This document shows positions 27,101-29,264 of a stretch of DNA of 64,000 nucleotides, piece after piece. The notes below the pieces were generated by a model. That model made no database searches, was not told where the DNA came from, and saw only the letters and a program-made list of their open reading frames with translations. Positions within the stretch are counted from its first letter, which is position 1; each line of letters starts with the position of its first letter. The position numbers were made by a program, and so were the translations under genes. This stretch comes from Candidatus Omnitrophota bacterium (GTDB lineage: Bacteria > Omnitrophota > Omnitrophia > Omnitrophales > Aquincolibacteriaceae), in the NCBI GenBank assembly GCA_022711115.1, contig JAKLFP010000002.1, positions 15,674 to 79,673 on the forward strand, written 5' to 3'.

Positions 27101-28234
27101 AAAATTTACACGGATCGTTTCGGTAAGGCGATGCCGGCTTTGGAGAGCATGCCTGTACTATCCGAAACGAGTGTTGCAGATGCGGTTCAGGACAGGGAAA
27201 CAATATTCGAGAAAGCATTGCCTGCGGCAAGGGACATGGCGCAGGAGTTTTGGCGAGCGATTGTGAATCATAAGGATATGCTGGGACGTTCTGAGGTCAT
27301 GCCGGCGATTCCGGTCGATTTCAGCAATTCATCGAATCCGAGATTTAGAAATAATGAATGGGCATATATGGACCATGACACAGGCCGAATGGCTGTGAAT
27401 GCTGACAAGTTTGCAGGGATCACGGATTCGAAAATTATTGCCGAAATGCTCGCGATAGCCATGTTCCATGAAAGTATTCATGCGACGTACCATGGCGATA
27501 ATTATTATTTTACGGATCAGGGGAGACTCCTTGCCGAGGCGCAGGCCCATGCGATCACCGCGGCAGCGATGAAGCTTGCTGACGCTGACCGGTTGCGCCG
27601 TGGAGAAACTGCAAAGTATGCGGGGCAGATCGAGAACATGGTCGCCTGGGTCAGGCTCATGTTGGATGCCCAGAGACCTGAAAAAGTTCCGCCGGACGTG
27701 TTGCAGATCATTGAAAGCATCATCCGTCCGTCTGCCAAGGGCCTCGGCCCCAACGAAATTCTGATCAATTCACTGATGCAGGAAGTCTATGCGATCAGTG
27801 ATCCCAGATTCAATAGCCAGCCCGGAGTCATACCGATCGAAGGTATCAAAGATCTCGAATGGAGAATACCGAAGTTTTTGAGCGAGAAAAATACGGAGCG
27901 ACGAGTCTTTGTGGTATCGGAACAGGAATATCATCGTTTACAGCTTCAAAAGCCGTTAGAAAAGCTTAAAAACCATGGGTATGCTGTCTTTATATTCAAC
28001 GATGAAGAGATCCAAGCGATCTTCGGCGACAGAACCGTGGGCGCCATCTATCAGTTAGCCCGGCTTGCCGCAACGCTCGGCAAAACCGAATTCGTGAACT
28101 TGATGAAAATGTACAGAATTGATCCTTATGACCGAAGAGGATTTTTCTCTGTCGCTGCATGTTTCGAAAGCCAGGTTATTAAGTCCCTGATCCATGAAAT
28201 AGAATCCCGACAGCAAGTCGCGGTAGCGGCGTAA
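113..28234 (+). CDS. Giant multi-domain membrane-anchored protein (>=9,373 aa) carrying an embedded SecA-like ATPase motor and candidate metallopeptidase motifs. The frame is open to the 5' window edge, so the true start may be upstream; the first in-frame ATG is at 140.
   Basis: One stop-free frame of 28.1 kb. In-frame codons from position 2 to 113 contain no stop. The translation has coherent domain-like segments (hydrophobic helix clusters, alpha-helical repeats, beta-rich region, SecA motifs) and is not low-complexity. Confidence 0.85.
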   Translation: MGNANSGLVMKAGDILANQMVKNWDSAALGLAEYYLQKAVLPLVRQYTNVANAGKPPTGGVKQSVLDVIKWGLRALPGNMLFFITYNLHWNYYPVFMYPLNSAVGIDNFGRRRQEIFNPQTQGWESLYTLDKIRTVNRDFVNALSVKINTTYSSNDPIVLGKSAVTANVLSQYTNVMDQFMENSGIQLDGTLAGGSFSYQLDALRTVQTGAMTIGGVTQWGISSMQLKALNGMFVSESYLWGSQGQMIGTVQEIKSKFGVLTGVMSLAADGSRTYRGYFGTFDEVGHMVELLQNASRDSSGRLINAEMRTVYDTAGGRFVWTNYNDQNGFVSYDSSQVFSHGRLVSEMNGVISREIAGNQILQAVSVKMFGENGDVTQIRNYVETNGMVFFGWMGTSTVEQNVIKMKSEIFNGIMKDNELLYAGKLIQSTGSWSTMTFTDYERQANGVFTASRMADSNRGLVATGVLNIHNEIITADSYSVGGMTITNYFKDFNGNIHFSRLDNPSQPSITNGILDRFNHIIAGDFIIGGHLFTYSSAVTDLYGKDALQIQIHTADILVDSKYYDTETGEFIGCDHVSQGVSKGFYDPRVFTEVLAVMKNKDGEMFTGMAKEYVTDAGTKFRIVQSGVAEIDGTWTLNADMKSWVVYTDSLIKTVEADTGRLLQIYDPSTGVSTTVARAGTLGALFDQWPNLSTFEKAEVIVMGAIAGVLAFGILSAVGLAMGVALGSLLVTWGLAAKVWSRNIRSIASNISDDLVKGLNTLGNLLTSVGTLGLGGPVYKGISGLKVAAGVVLKLRPSFFSTSMTGFLKGVRISLFAVPALGVGMDYVGGQIQSQTLQKLGDLLTMGLTPGEVLVMCPAFFGMDLLKAMSTMGKSVFLIPGLAFLGGGALYAGYQIRLSWQESKVFSNRTPNTINIFGWEVGLWGSIGLGVGLAVATILGVKFHLPLNRAFFWMEHSKLMKPILPILVSSKRLGLEGFKLGLLGSPLFLVGMGGGLLYGLIWDRDHLVRDILIGGFGTVIGISLLGATAHGLGLFAGTYSLSIARGLSGGRAFMNGIAEASKNFMVNLTRSIVFQTRFGIGLNAGAAAANFLFNIVTRGSYNDAMMAALIKAQNRESLTMGESILVAMFNLGRTDISPFETAYQNTFGTQMFGVPTAIMFATGIPLISKAMESIPLVGGLLQIANKISGALPNYFSSRTGEFGRYAFGFMDEGILEPIIGWTLEQVGIGGAEGTFWNDVNNMLQESGSAIESNRLPPISQMLLSGGIKSLSALESLYGSDNLTAMLRERVAFLKGVDIGTVTGDQASLRVQLGSLLFTDFSNAAAFSDIDTMTNFVEALGISEQGLSQQIISGALAGSIDRTAATRVIGNIVGVAPGAVTAFSHVIASAVNNPTIGAQKFHEGIMELARLLVHPNINQTQIDLCAASIGLGQNFYANLVSQAQAVPGAQSLAEVFRNSVAFQLGSNVKAIQRFETAFNDGDSLADIQALATDLTTKVYGSFIALETTVDIFRQAGLPDTSLEAVRQQLTPQMFMEFNFWNTSERLEFLNSFLAQNTIPGLPAKFPEVVTALQTNVRQNAPLIEILSTVGQLPENMRFAAMLFVAPQLQTSQYQQLKDLVSFVNSVPDLAGVSENLTLDVALGALRTPKDLVLAVRGLIGKAPPATQQLYGDALTAFYVQLLIRPANLSWTQVQSIITNLKVQGDVGLSPEQQAFLTSVVSMSNIPAAELSQTLSSLSGVPGSNQLTAVQLARVTHVAQSLVNPDLTSANLAGLLAGAGCGLPEMFAVFNLAATTPVLSGMTFMDFLDLHHEALGLQSLVVSGLNVGSALADLKQALPPGDSPDSLTMPQIYTVAQRYAASSQTSINDVMLTLLNLVQPLPQNAHLVEAFMLAQRVGVDMSSLTVANFMHLNVEAHATPLQVLESMGMTDSNSALLSDNDVREFLSTGFSSATEQGFQAVLNYINQMPQFVNTPMTMQELLRLVCLGKPVKVTPQQLQVFSRIMDSFLALGFSELHLNFSQIQTVLASPSDLEALKALRSITGTGNPAVDTFLDELITIVDQPTLGQLRELQRHFVGVPPPALTDLLLLLHLTSAAELAPGVVQLPLTVPLPGTNISTIMVSEAMLARIAANFEINLTDLTVDQLAEALFNVNNIPPTAMADLEKNIANFVRAMAVQTGKPQPVFPDQATLVRVYLARELLLAIRTETGAPISTSLLKQVFVQFGLMNLDLQLFIQRELGLTPVADVSGFLSTMTRNNSMTQGLNRLLAAEDTLVNRLAFVDALGIPRNSALVGDIPTLPQEIKALALQCLTALSNMPEGAIGVLNFERLVSNLLWRNSQPAAVQNYLGSLTVYELSQLTQTQRDNLVMQLTFLMGQEPSVQAPILSRLSALEIAGMTSQEMTDFAVRIQSLDGYQTTMRLIVANRLAGKDNLLEGISIDPAEQNLWNTFHPVLKAMSIKSIRDIAEVFSTVTARSVARNGFNAEAFFKMLMVKAMLLQISPSHGLGTLTEFEVLENVTVLLSDSTNSLGQVFRNLDVVISMVGQLTTDDLARMTQEQMRNLIVNLFAKDGLDNLAAHDSLWPVLIQILKGNYASQIDTQLNALKTFYDAFKNNQEVMVRMSQLGQDAAAAFLNNILLIQTDTNLVPQLLDVILLTNLGDSVSQITQAGNGFQVTMASGQIRFVKADGALNIPNQIDLGNGYSLAQTTSSPEGPSTYTISSSNGIPIGTLTVSSGEHPAITLNITLGGNNVPVTIDGDLSRLQTTTQNGNLVVIIQSGSEMRRITLGQNGQQVVENFDLSETVTEAPMTLPNELTFSIDADNIFRLQSGSLSFTVDGHEYEMEFEGGVLAETIQFNGEGELVFMDAQGDRHQVNALAGGNFVETVHQVSGGIRTVVRNHTGAPVQTIDGVTNVTHTATGVTVVGQNAVTLTISADSNSMTIHVSGPVGVPGPAVPLVASNLMLSNEGIVMGLSEDRSTLWISAGGQSFSVNTSTQIITESTNASAIGSTLYYAPAGGFIIVNETGIVMEIIGDVGNIRQGDLAVPVAADSLQNVRPSVIFYDENVDQVTGVIGDTGPNFSLPQGSQVQTINGTRIVTAHPIQAVDLSFHAEDLMGAFNEHSLMRDEFPNEWFQGALNNIRTRLMNGEEVSKEEWAEVLNQILQIRQRAEDYQRILDSVEADSAIRDRLGSALLELLAKAADINSSMTLEEIQRLNRRLLEAFFPLQIQATFSNPTYSYQPAGSNASVQVDANGQIVVTAVTPAWKEIFLRLPGGSHYTVLQNGSVVYSVQRPDRGFNTVVVSLDGVMTVNGVSFLLDESTQIAMGLSGEVILNRGPPIRILDDGKVTVGGGLVQQGTVVHLKDGQAIIYYTDTRIISNQDASTQATHPWILQIKETRIPLAADLVSAEVRPDGSVIIIVEEANGLVHSHLIQPDGKTATDFDINGIGPINQSIPVSQLPQTGPATSPAVANPPAPNVTVPPVQFPNPVSEIDLTDLSPQSPAQTLQIPNVGVITVQVVPAGDGSIRFEIDATSLLQPITLLLPGMTPEGQTPHVTFVTVTPIGSLIQVTTSTPGNPQFVITEVPIVHIENLAHPVSVTTPNGVVTVLPVNPAQGTPPTIDTSGLTGPVQLELPGVGSLTVTPPADPSGNFTLGDLNLTAPVRIRLPNGTNFDIPAQSNGEMQFPGSIIIGNTTGKIRIDSIVVNANGVLQNLFIVFGNSRITLWPGDYVGVNIWSSPSGEINGLVINNVFDTQTYFYRPFGPEGQLTLRGPLPQTFLLLQDSFIQHLNAQNLNQANQVIEAMIGALSQDVQRPGALEAMRHVVFDALVLLQNQLIAQSLVPQAITNLTRIMVLLGSLTQGQPSSVQADMKVRLAGALIQLQTQLAELNFTQLQSLNNVLTELNQAISDFLRNHPAPDIEEALKKMQQGIAKGILRHAQEASNLDAAVQAIGLNAGVRILKQAPTIEEIQGLVKVAQANGQEYLLFFSSELGRYVLYTSGSQSGGVTTGSPEFRDYLRNDPNVFVVAHTHHEVQDPSDLDLKEFGQSRRDFEFIFTPAGVTILYKETGKDGEIKVNFIHVSYGSIPSEFFGILGALAQSQDVDLVVFMKLLGMLDQSLGEKTVIRRQYNLPFGTLTDLLKQNELPRVADIVKTWMDTGGTTRADQSLALKVLTLRALVNFYVDYPNKTVQLLNLLREISNDLSQPENFSMVDTALLRNVLLQAMSLWSQELMRARTQYLLDNGPSAASHPAKERIRLLGKILLQLKNLDQQAQLNKRTWLTRLFARPQTGQVDAEEIELLGLGAIRGVEEADVEVVLFEENQSDLEYTLRSNALNLLKAQMNLVGLRAPIHFLIVPNAQAVEADGSVLYFTVDDITGVIGLQTKIRDFVQRTGIGITAAEVAEEAEASAASAAAEQAAADKAAKETKRAAPPSGSVPTDAPLTTATPETAAGSTPSVPSTPAATPASLATPVTPSAALPTVAEIGQQLNRLRSQRSMRREENEASNRQGTSAFTNADAETLRQWVLRIASIDQQCEALVQGLSDEELKVLLSTDNETRLLRGEALELRDDHSAPDFAARELVKRGVVNAVGAPVTPASPTLTPESAGPAQGNVVPPAKPVSPARDEVEAPRSEPLEVEEIMIPEEPAESFGGNRMLQLISRIMKFEAKLKELRTQWEAALKQNEKAKQEQISLQEMTLLRQLSDEVEPLIKLLSEDAWFQTAIQKEFFSGRSEYTSLVRLMERGQEREFVQTLMEATARGMVEYEGGNFPAEEQINRISQLLPKGAEGFASDFYRVARGYLDGLRQQIAQQTQAPISPAAPTESAPRGASPRTEVRGGDINISNLGPGAAVSHTTANQRFGRAITNQKAAIEALGIPADRVDDFLDLGQTPDGVRVVILNAEEITDEEFDQLGHAGLTRNVVYVLRRGSENYWPVAGHELAELTLWKTLEYQLRQQGEIARFGETNSSKPRDIRAWIQLQMQTANGRERVRKYEAFFDRMAAAVQEILTDLINQDAWAIRTVDDLSAFVREKIEELQRPAAELQGRSVADIILRQTEQDFKIRKQEETIQRLEDGIRTWEDALKGMAQHERLRVMVRSGAGGAIKSYTRQEIESRIRMLRSQLKREQVALEGLQGELKLARTELKEESKAQAKVAVPAARNEFEVFFSPERRNEGLSTENEVALGVLAKDILSDAEGQLLESWFEYIRSRNRQGDPLNEEALKYFLELLSIDYEGLKKQPGWNLQGLTWISKLREVAQFLKQFHALRKDFTNLSSEHSPLLDKVFQALVRLYLVSVRRLSRGTGLELILQARHIEKIVSGLIEKEVADKTARSVIRASLITLLSTETITSTIQRVAGLFDGLQGKLIDRQELMDKVLKGQEDKWSKLLPAAGKVSRAEAAQAAGEAAQTYLANNGNPPGKPEDKIVAKDILVDGASLEGLAEEAMREKGEKMQKSLTATAHRILRAILETTSMTHEQIEEVMTDLTNCFDKETGELIDRDKYRTTLNRLVGDQDSELNAYIRDVLATRIDQLRVMGQSALGHTEGFDTFVRESLALVNLAYMMSYGRSDAEAYRGVQSLTAAAATGYGIANFGTGEGKTKTSAMVLVVHFLRSPKDRPVMHIVSQDRFAQDNLGEIHPILSYLGIGHDRLSRSDDNNKKSGMLQHDGIVYTSVSTFVFEFLTDRAKSKGEHVFPYDEAEVNPLPFIMNMDEVDSIAIDQSLNAFIIASAAQQAPTQEYALKSICDEIASFMVRGNLIMRVSDKRLQEIRQSAKDGEDLGRQVLAFVSDSGQTHLTQQGKRYVREVVAQAVTEYGFKKPYQGDLEDPANDWLWKQIGNAFGPHTGQYAANRNVSISSNGEVKNIDQATGSHQNTKTADGVHQAIEVALSKLFPNQGITVSSDHSQTTDRITFRQFIELLAATTKVEHGGRKVRVRQLSGYSGTAQEVSKNLKEDLGLPGENKPVVTIPSFAPKVRDSHATWYINRWSDAMKNHKLEFINIRIRRGGAPKIMKFEHGNTAAAVRQWMKRDHARALERVRLDSGYKQLSDAQILSKIEEEWATDKLSPQAFDVIRSKMERGLQLSTDEELLLAKFWLLTLDEFQIYMYDGTESFAQEKKILDRDGGEANALTIGTNILGRGKDFKLLDQNQLMELLELLLTPEEFEKLAHSVGEAFKKLKDKDLRTSVGEGEGDPRNDNTEKFKKIEKLLTEHITDAFQEIIKTKEGNGRVNLVRIRDAFLARAYGYQMFREVAKSARSDTQSRGRAGRQFDIGADFEFMVFEDADQLNEESEEISSSRKSFDEGFPHLDYNSSRWINRFLNQPPAKGGAQTLTRLLFVAAPLAIFGIVVGLAAPPVAATLAALIAFAPGLFAIMTLRRDSLVHPEHGVVKKITLSSFIKDRISRKAFFFTNAHQLTVAGLSVMGAIAAGVLVFALGAGLVSVIAGGAVLALVYSSFVLRSWAANLNLGFISRMIQTPGEKMDRRFYGILTQTQYNKIGKLDTKAVAEMDRFKAISQEGHEWFYSQQRSYQNRFDAFLESFLSPFIAGANRLDWTKKDDQEGKAENAPGALGKVLNGIFGKRLQTAPVYEASMIVAAAFALPLLVPFGGLIALALVGGYFVGKNYKRLVQRSIVPIQYIHAYLDRIFYDYEAAMVQYEKRYFELLKKKTPTEIQKAVHQKMKKEGLDQKQAYDSVINELNAETNDLLNHPPAFELRDKVACYDPAAKRFGGLRPKKSTLIDFDLTLPKPVPQVSAQSGEYAKLVRQAKADFKALRDQVENLRRDLESQDLTKLITPEILRHLHGMVRSEFIERAQKAQNEFYDQRINILGLVVGIPLMLAAGSLGWLVGRSTWLSKYVQKWLKAEPGFFSWARAVMMHKWLKGWIGSYVGLLVLNYLDMNLNLADWMARKMAEDAVFIGRNARFDAIHGKRDDLAMNAILSGFVGNVLAPVAEKESEKRTPRSTTEAPSKLKWYQDPYSRVQVYTEDDSRLRNGEAAELVATQDDHHVQIQRVEEVSEPERPDVDIQLSRERVLGRDAGAMDTGFAPVPKLEKTRTNYDAEATREVRIFTGSEQRLDGGKVRLPFGFDCSETDCKKNASIELPAQLAEQVKKDPRILEDLVRGRVGIVKIGNEYFLGGSDKEGYHLVNLGSEINMRTLRVIQGLRHDARLVRMDAGGRIFVGREEDIHFDGGESQIENLGKGSVFIAGSDGIWIVENVKIGEQVVIESSRLQSTENCQIERGAQVRHSSLRASKINIGKRTVVDQVMDSRKTEFTLPANAQVVGVTGTSGSMDTGEVKESEKFFGVVNETGELLPVESGEPETYYVFNRGLMGRMDRLLRSLHLIIDPARKALDIAELHHDAVMTLEQESGMSPDDLAALGPHAAELIGARSEKAGWPEVLTRTAYRTVQASVVVASLLSLIGLIVAACFSVVGWPVVIAAVIAAAGVNGLVWLEHRVQAVNNLIRNHFEGSALRELSTIMLHRQVPKQARIAMILLYHQLRVRSEQPLTPNQAAQQILRSGMSVLGVGFAAQQQNENRYSVKFRKYQETVRAVRDSMDQKVSAELSAKILRRVAIPVFAKDKMKLARILGGAVHRLDKTAEGYPSYQPLLISAMYETVVYKSWKDKIRGWFKNQTVMRVVQGALTVMVGAAVLWTLPMLLPEIGAIVILKLGFATLHASVFITLLKGWLIMATLQSVLRRADSILASDEAQKKALEEARIQGYGRMSMLWKRLKTNRMMSRLFSYKLFSYDAIKMTGWYKLPGWISDRLAAWAGGDAETLLRRALGGLGHGMGQNYWREGLMVAHARLLEIEASNVSEEVKAKARSDFQKLARFVTERRHNLNWDDAKHSDDTYREFDNLFKTFDPLLLDAWHSARKHEREWSIEEFFVANSNDEEVVHALARLASCTARKVDMTRNLKQREAIEAIKKDLWDPFLALKQKLDSGRASEITEDERALAQETLGKLLAEFNLGAEPGKELTVGDLFEGEYDPSVARQDRLMVPVFHHGKYYTLGLVLNIGTLAEVSDIPFVRNQLLRAQANRTLLESNPQGFEELYLRARQDYLKKMGKPADAMGITFIVETKTAKRLALKHYAKGQLHDDAFSGTRTFNAGTIYEKGYFASIDISVLRKEYAKGSNSHEVQHFIHPNASGRDMETNIIEEFINYMFQEDADTFDVDSGSLYDLEKIVEEKIEQYLRYNEGDKLMDHFTQDEYVKAKVRAQNALKSVLAFRMVLREILAQRQVLDPEAMAKRLVNLFLWNARSFDDLLAIQSVIQDRGRAVEFVNLLAEMGVLGEGREDFLYNADEIATDKATVNAALERRLQAQLIEDYQRQGVAAAHSRLRQHLRSVQKAFEREKELMNLGIDHYKHQIMMYERQGKDTTELESKLKQAEQELKNFEEAHKKLMSSLQKSLMDGMFGTAAFRKDVLDMGQNFRQKKEEFLKSFGEKVALHRKDPSKDDLFKFLGKELPLLAETARKGLVGFQDQPEAEIDKVLAEIQRDWIEALHLSLMHDLVKADSLKAYGRMEREFYRMYEIITSESEKKMRWLDPISVQDHRRAKLYEINPSSIARYGFAFKFMNDSLERILLGQDQDVDTDRRIQMADRFRLQVEAEAKKKEPKQHPQIHLWEEFGARYLQALFWNHTKRPGVEKFINTTLKDAKHRALGDHTTKRVVDRKNGVYLSELTTERVELADLMMQAQLDYELMVQWTSANKKLITTGMRSVGTESFGKDGFFRLLHNHPTHRKGGVVDIQTVPSLTDPNCDGVLQLVTGGKAYIVSEYGVTRFYLDTTVDTQGLGEVVFDDGMPYSFEEASKKADERAKSQKGYSFGYQHQEPGKPEVKVRVDFVPWQAIVRAAQRPGGMAAVHSFMPFVICTDPAALRHLSKKLEAFKVPAARSEIRLTEAPARAELKQEMIEQRLDIRMLLTKVLGGQVDWISLLPEQGFMPAPSLPIQPREFAGANALLLPGSQQGIPGLSIPQVQGLQLPGITDRDVEIRDRDLKIYTDRFGKAMPALESMPVLSETSVADAVQDRETIFEKALPAARDMAQEFWRAIVNHKDMLGRSEVMPAIPVDFSNSSNPRFRNNEWAYMDHDTGRMAVNADKFAGITDSKIIAEMLAIAMFHESIHATYHGDNYYFTDQGRLLAEAQAHAITAAAMKLADADRLRRGETAKYAGQIENMVAWVRLMLDAQRPEKVPPDVLQIIESIIRPSAKGLGPNEILINSLMQEVYAISDPRFNSQPGVIPIEGIKDLEWRIPKFLSEKNTERRVFVVSEQEYHRLQLQKPLEKLKNHGYAVFIFNDEEIQAIFGDRTVGAIYQLARLAATLGKTEFVNLMKMYRIDPYDRRGFFSVAACFESQVIKSLIHEIESRQQVAVAA
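2200..3700 (+). other. Membrane-spanning helix cluster 1 of the giant protein (about 9 hydrophobic segments)
   Basis: Hydrophobic stretches such as 'EVIVMGAIAGVLAFGILSAVGLAMGVALGSLLVTWGLAA', 'IFGWEVGLWGSIGLGVGLAVATILGV', 'ILIGGFGTVIGISLLGATAHGLGLFAG' and 'MFGVPTAIMFATGIPLISKAM'. Confidence 0.6.
13290..14030 (+). repeat. Ala/Pro/Thr/Ser-rich low-complexity linkers inside the giant protein
   Basis: 'AAEVAEEAEASAASAAAEQAAADKAAK...TPETAAGSTPSVPSTPAATPASLATPVTPSAALPT' and 'GAPVTPASPTLTPESAGPAQGNVVPPAKPVSPA'. Confidence 0.6.
16700..18560 (+). other. SecA-like DEAD motor domain (NBD1-PPXD-NBD2) embedded in the giant protein
   Basis: Motifs 'ANFGTGEGKTKTSAMVLV' (SecA Walker A 'MRTGEGKTL'), 'IMNMDEVDSIAIDQSLNAFIIAS' (SecA '[20 protein letters not shown]'), 'ADGVHQAIEVA' ('DGLHQAVEAKEG'), 'RITFRQF...SGYSGTAQ' ('ITFQNYF...AGMTGTAD') and 'TIGTNILGRGKDFKL' ('VTIATNMAGRGTDIVL'), in canonical order and spacing. 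Confidence 0.75.
19090..20660 (+). other. Membrane-spanning helix cluster 2 of the giant protein
   Basis: Segments 'LTRLLFVAAPLAIFGIVVGLAAPPVAATLAALIAFAPGLFAIMTL', 'LTVAGLSVMGAIAAGVLVFALGAGLVSVIAGGAVLALVYSSFVL', 'MIVAAAFALPLLVPFGGLIALALVGGYFVG' and 'ILGLVVGIPLMLAAGSLGWLVG'. Confidence 0.6.
22320..23180 (+). other. Membrane-spanning helix cluster 3 of the giant protein
   Basis: Segments 'ASVVVASLLSLIGLIVAACFSVVGWPVVIAAVIAAAGVNGLVWL' and 'VVQGALTVMVGAAVLWTLPMLLPEIGAIVILKLGFATLHASVFITLLKGWLIMATL'. Confidence 0.55.
27467..27481 (+). other. HEXXH zinc-metallopeptidase-type motif ('FHESIHATYHG') in the C-terminal region of the giant protein
   Basis: In-frame 'cat gaa agt att cat', in the context 'IIAEMLAIAMFHESIHATYHGDNYYF...LAEAQAH'. 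A downstream Glu is available as a possible third zinc ligand. Confidence 0.3.
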
Positions 28235-28708
28235 TCGTCCAGCCTAGAAGTGTCTTTATATTTTATAAAGCCTTCATGTTCAGCAAACAAGCCACAGGCT
28301 AGTGACGCAAACGACCTTCATAAAAGCAAAAGAGGATTGAACCCCTAAATTTTCCACGGCATAGCTTAAAAAGCGTCATAGCTCTACTATTGACTCCAAC
28401 CACATGCCACAAATCTTTCACGTGCTCTGCGAACTCATGATCGGAAAGGAATGGATCAAGAAGATAGTCAAATGAGGTTTTTCTAAAGGTGATCTAATCT
28501 TAAAAGAAGCATAGCGCGCAAGAGTGCTCGATAATCAAAAGAGGTTGGCGGGAGAGCTAAATTTAATGCCGGAAATACTCCGACAATTCCTCAAAAGAAC
28601 GGCTTTGACTTACTCGGAAAGGCTCTCTTCAGAGATGCTAGACGTCCTATAATGTATCTTATGTAAAGCAGCGTATAGGGAGAGAAAATTCAACAAGAGC
28701 TCATGGAA

Positions 28709-29185
28709 TTATGCTGGGAGAAGGTTTTTGACAACCTCCTGGATGCGCCGGCCATCGGCTTTTCCCTGGACTGCAGGCATGAGCACCTTCATCAGTTTTC
28801 CAATTTCCGCCTGGGTTTTTGCTCCGGACGCTGCCATAGCCTTTTGAACCTCTGCCACAATCTCTTCATCAGTGAGCTGTTTGGGGAGATAGGATGCGAG
28901 GATTTTTAATTCCGCTTTTTCTTTTTCCGCTAAATCCATACGTCCGGCTTTTTCGAAGCTCTCAAGACTCTCGCGGCGTTGTTTTGCCTGTCTGGCCAGA
29001 ACGCTCAGGACGTCACTATCTTCCGCTTTTTCCTTTTTAGACTGAATGAGGTAGTATGCAACGGCACTTTTAAGCATTCTGAGTGCTGAAACTTTGACAG
29101 CATCTCTGGCTTTCATCGCTTCGACAACATCTTTTTCAATTTTTTCCATAAGAGTCATCTGGATTTTCTCCTTCTCAGGTTGCAA
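28709..29185 (-). CDS. yqeY: GatB/YqeY domain-containing protein
   Basis: Translation 'MTLMEKIEKDVVEAMKARDAVKVSALRMLKSAVAY...' is typical YqeY. The likely start is the internal Met at about 29158. Confidence 0.8.
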   Translation of the reverse strand: MQPEKEKIQMTLMEKIEKDVVEAMKARDAVKVSALRMLKSAVAYYLIQSKKEKAEDSDVLSVLARQAKQRRESLESFEKAGRMDLAEKEKAELKILASYLPKQLTDEEIVAEVQKAMAASGAKTQAEIGKLMKVLMPAVQGKADGRRIQEVVKNLLPA

Positions 29186-29264
29186 TTTATAAAATATTAT
29201 TGACGGTTTAAAAGGGAACAGCTCTCCCCTACTTCAGATACCTGCCTAAAAATCGGCGCGCATT

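Noticed and set aside
113-28234. Considered that the giant ORF might be several genes fused by a sequencing or frameshift error, or a mobile element or prophage
   Set aside because: There are no internal stops in 28 kb, composition and codon bias are consistent throughout, and there are no integrase, transposase or phage structural motifs. It is treated as one gene pending read-level verification.
28235-28708. Looked for a tRNA or other structured RNA gene in the AT-rich spacer ('ggattgaacccc' resembles a T-arm)
   Set aside because: No cloverleaf with acceptor stem, anticodon arm and a conserved T-loop could be assembled, and the similarity is limited to one short stretch.
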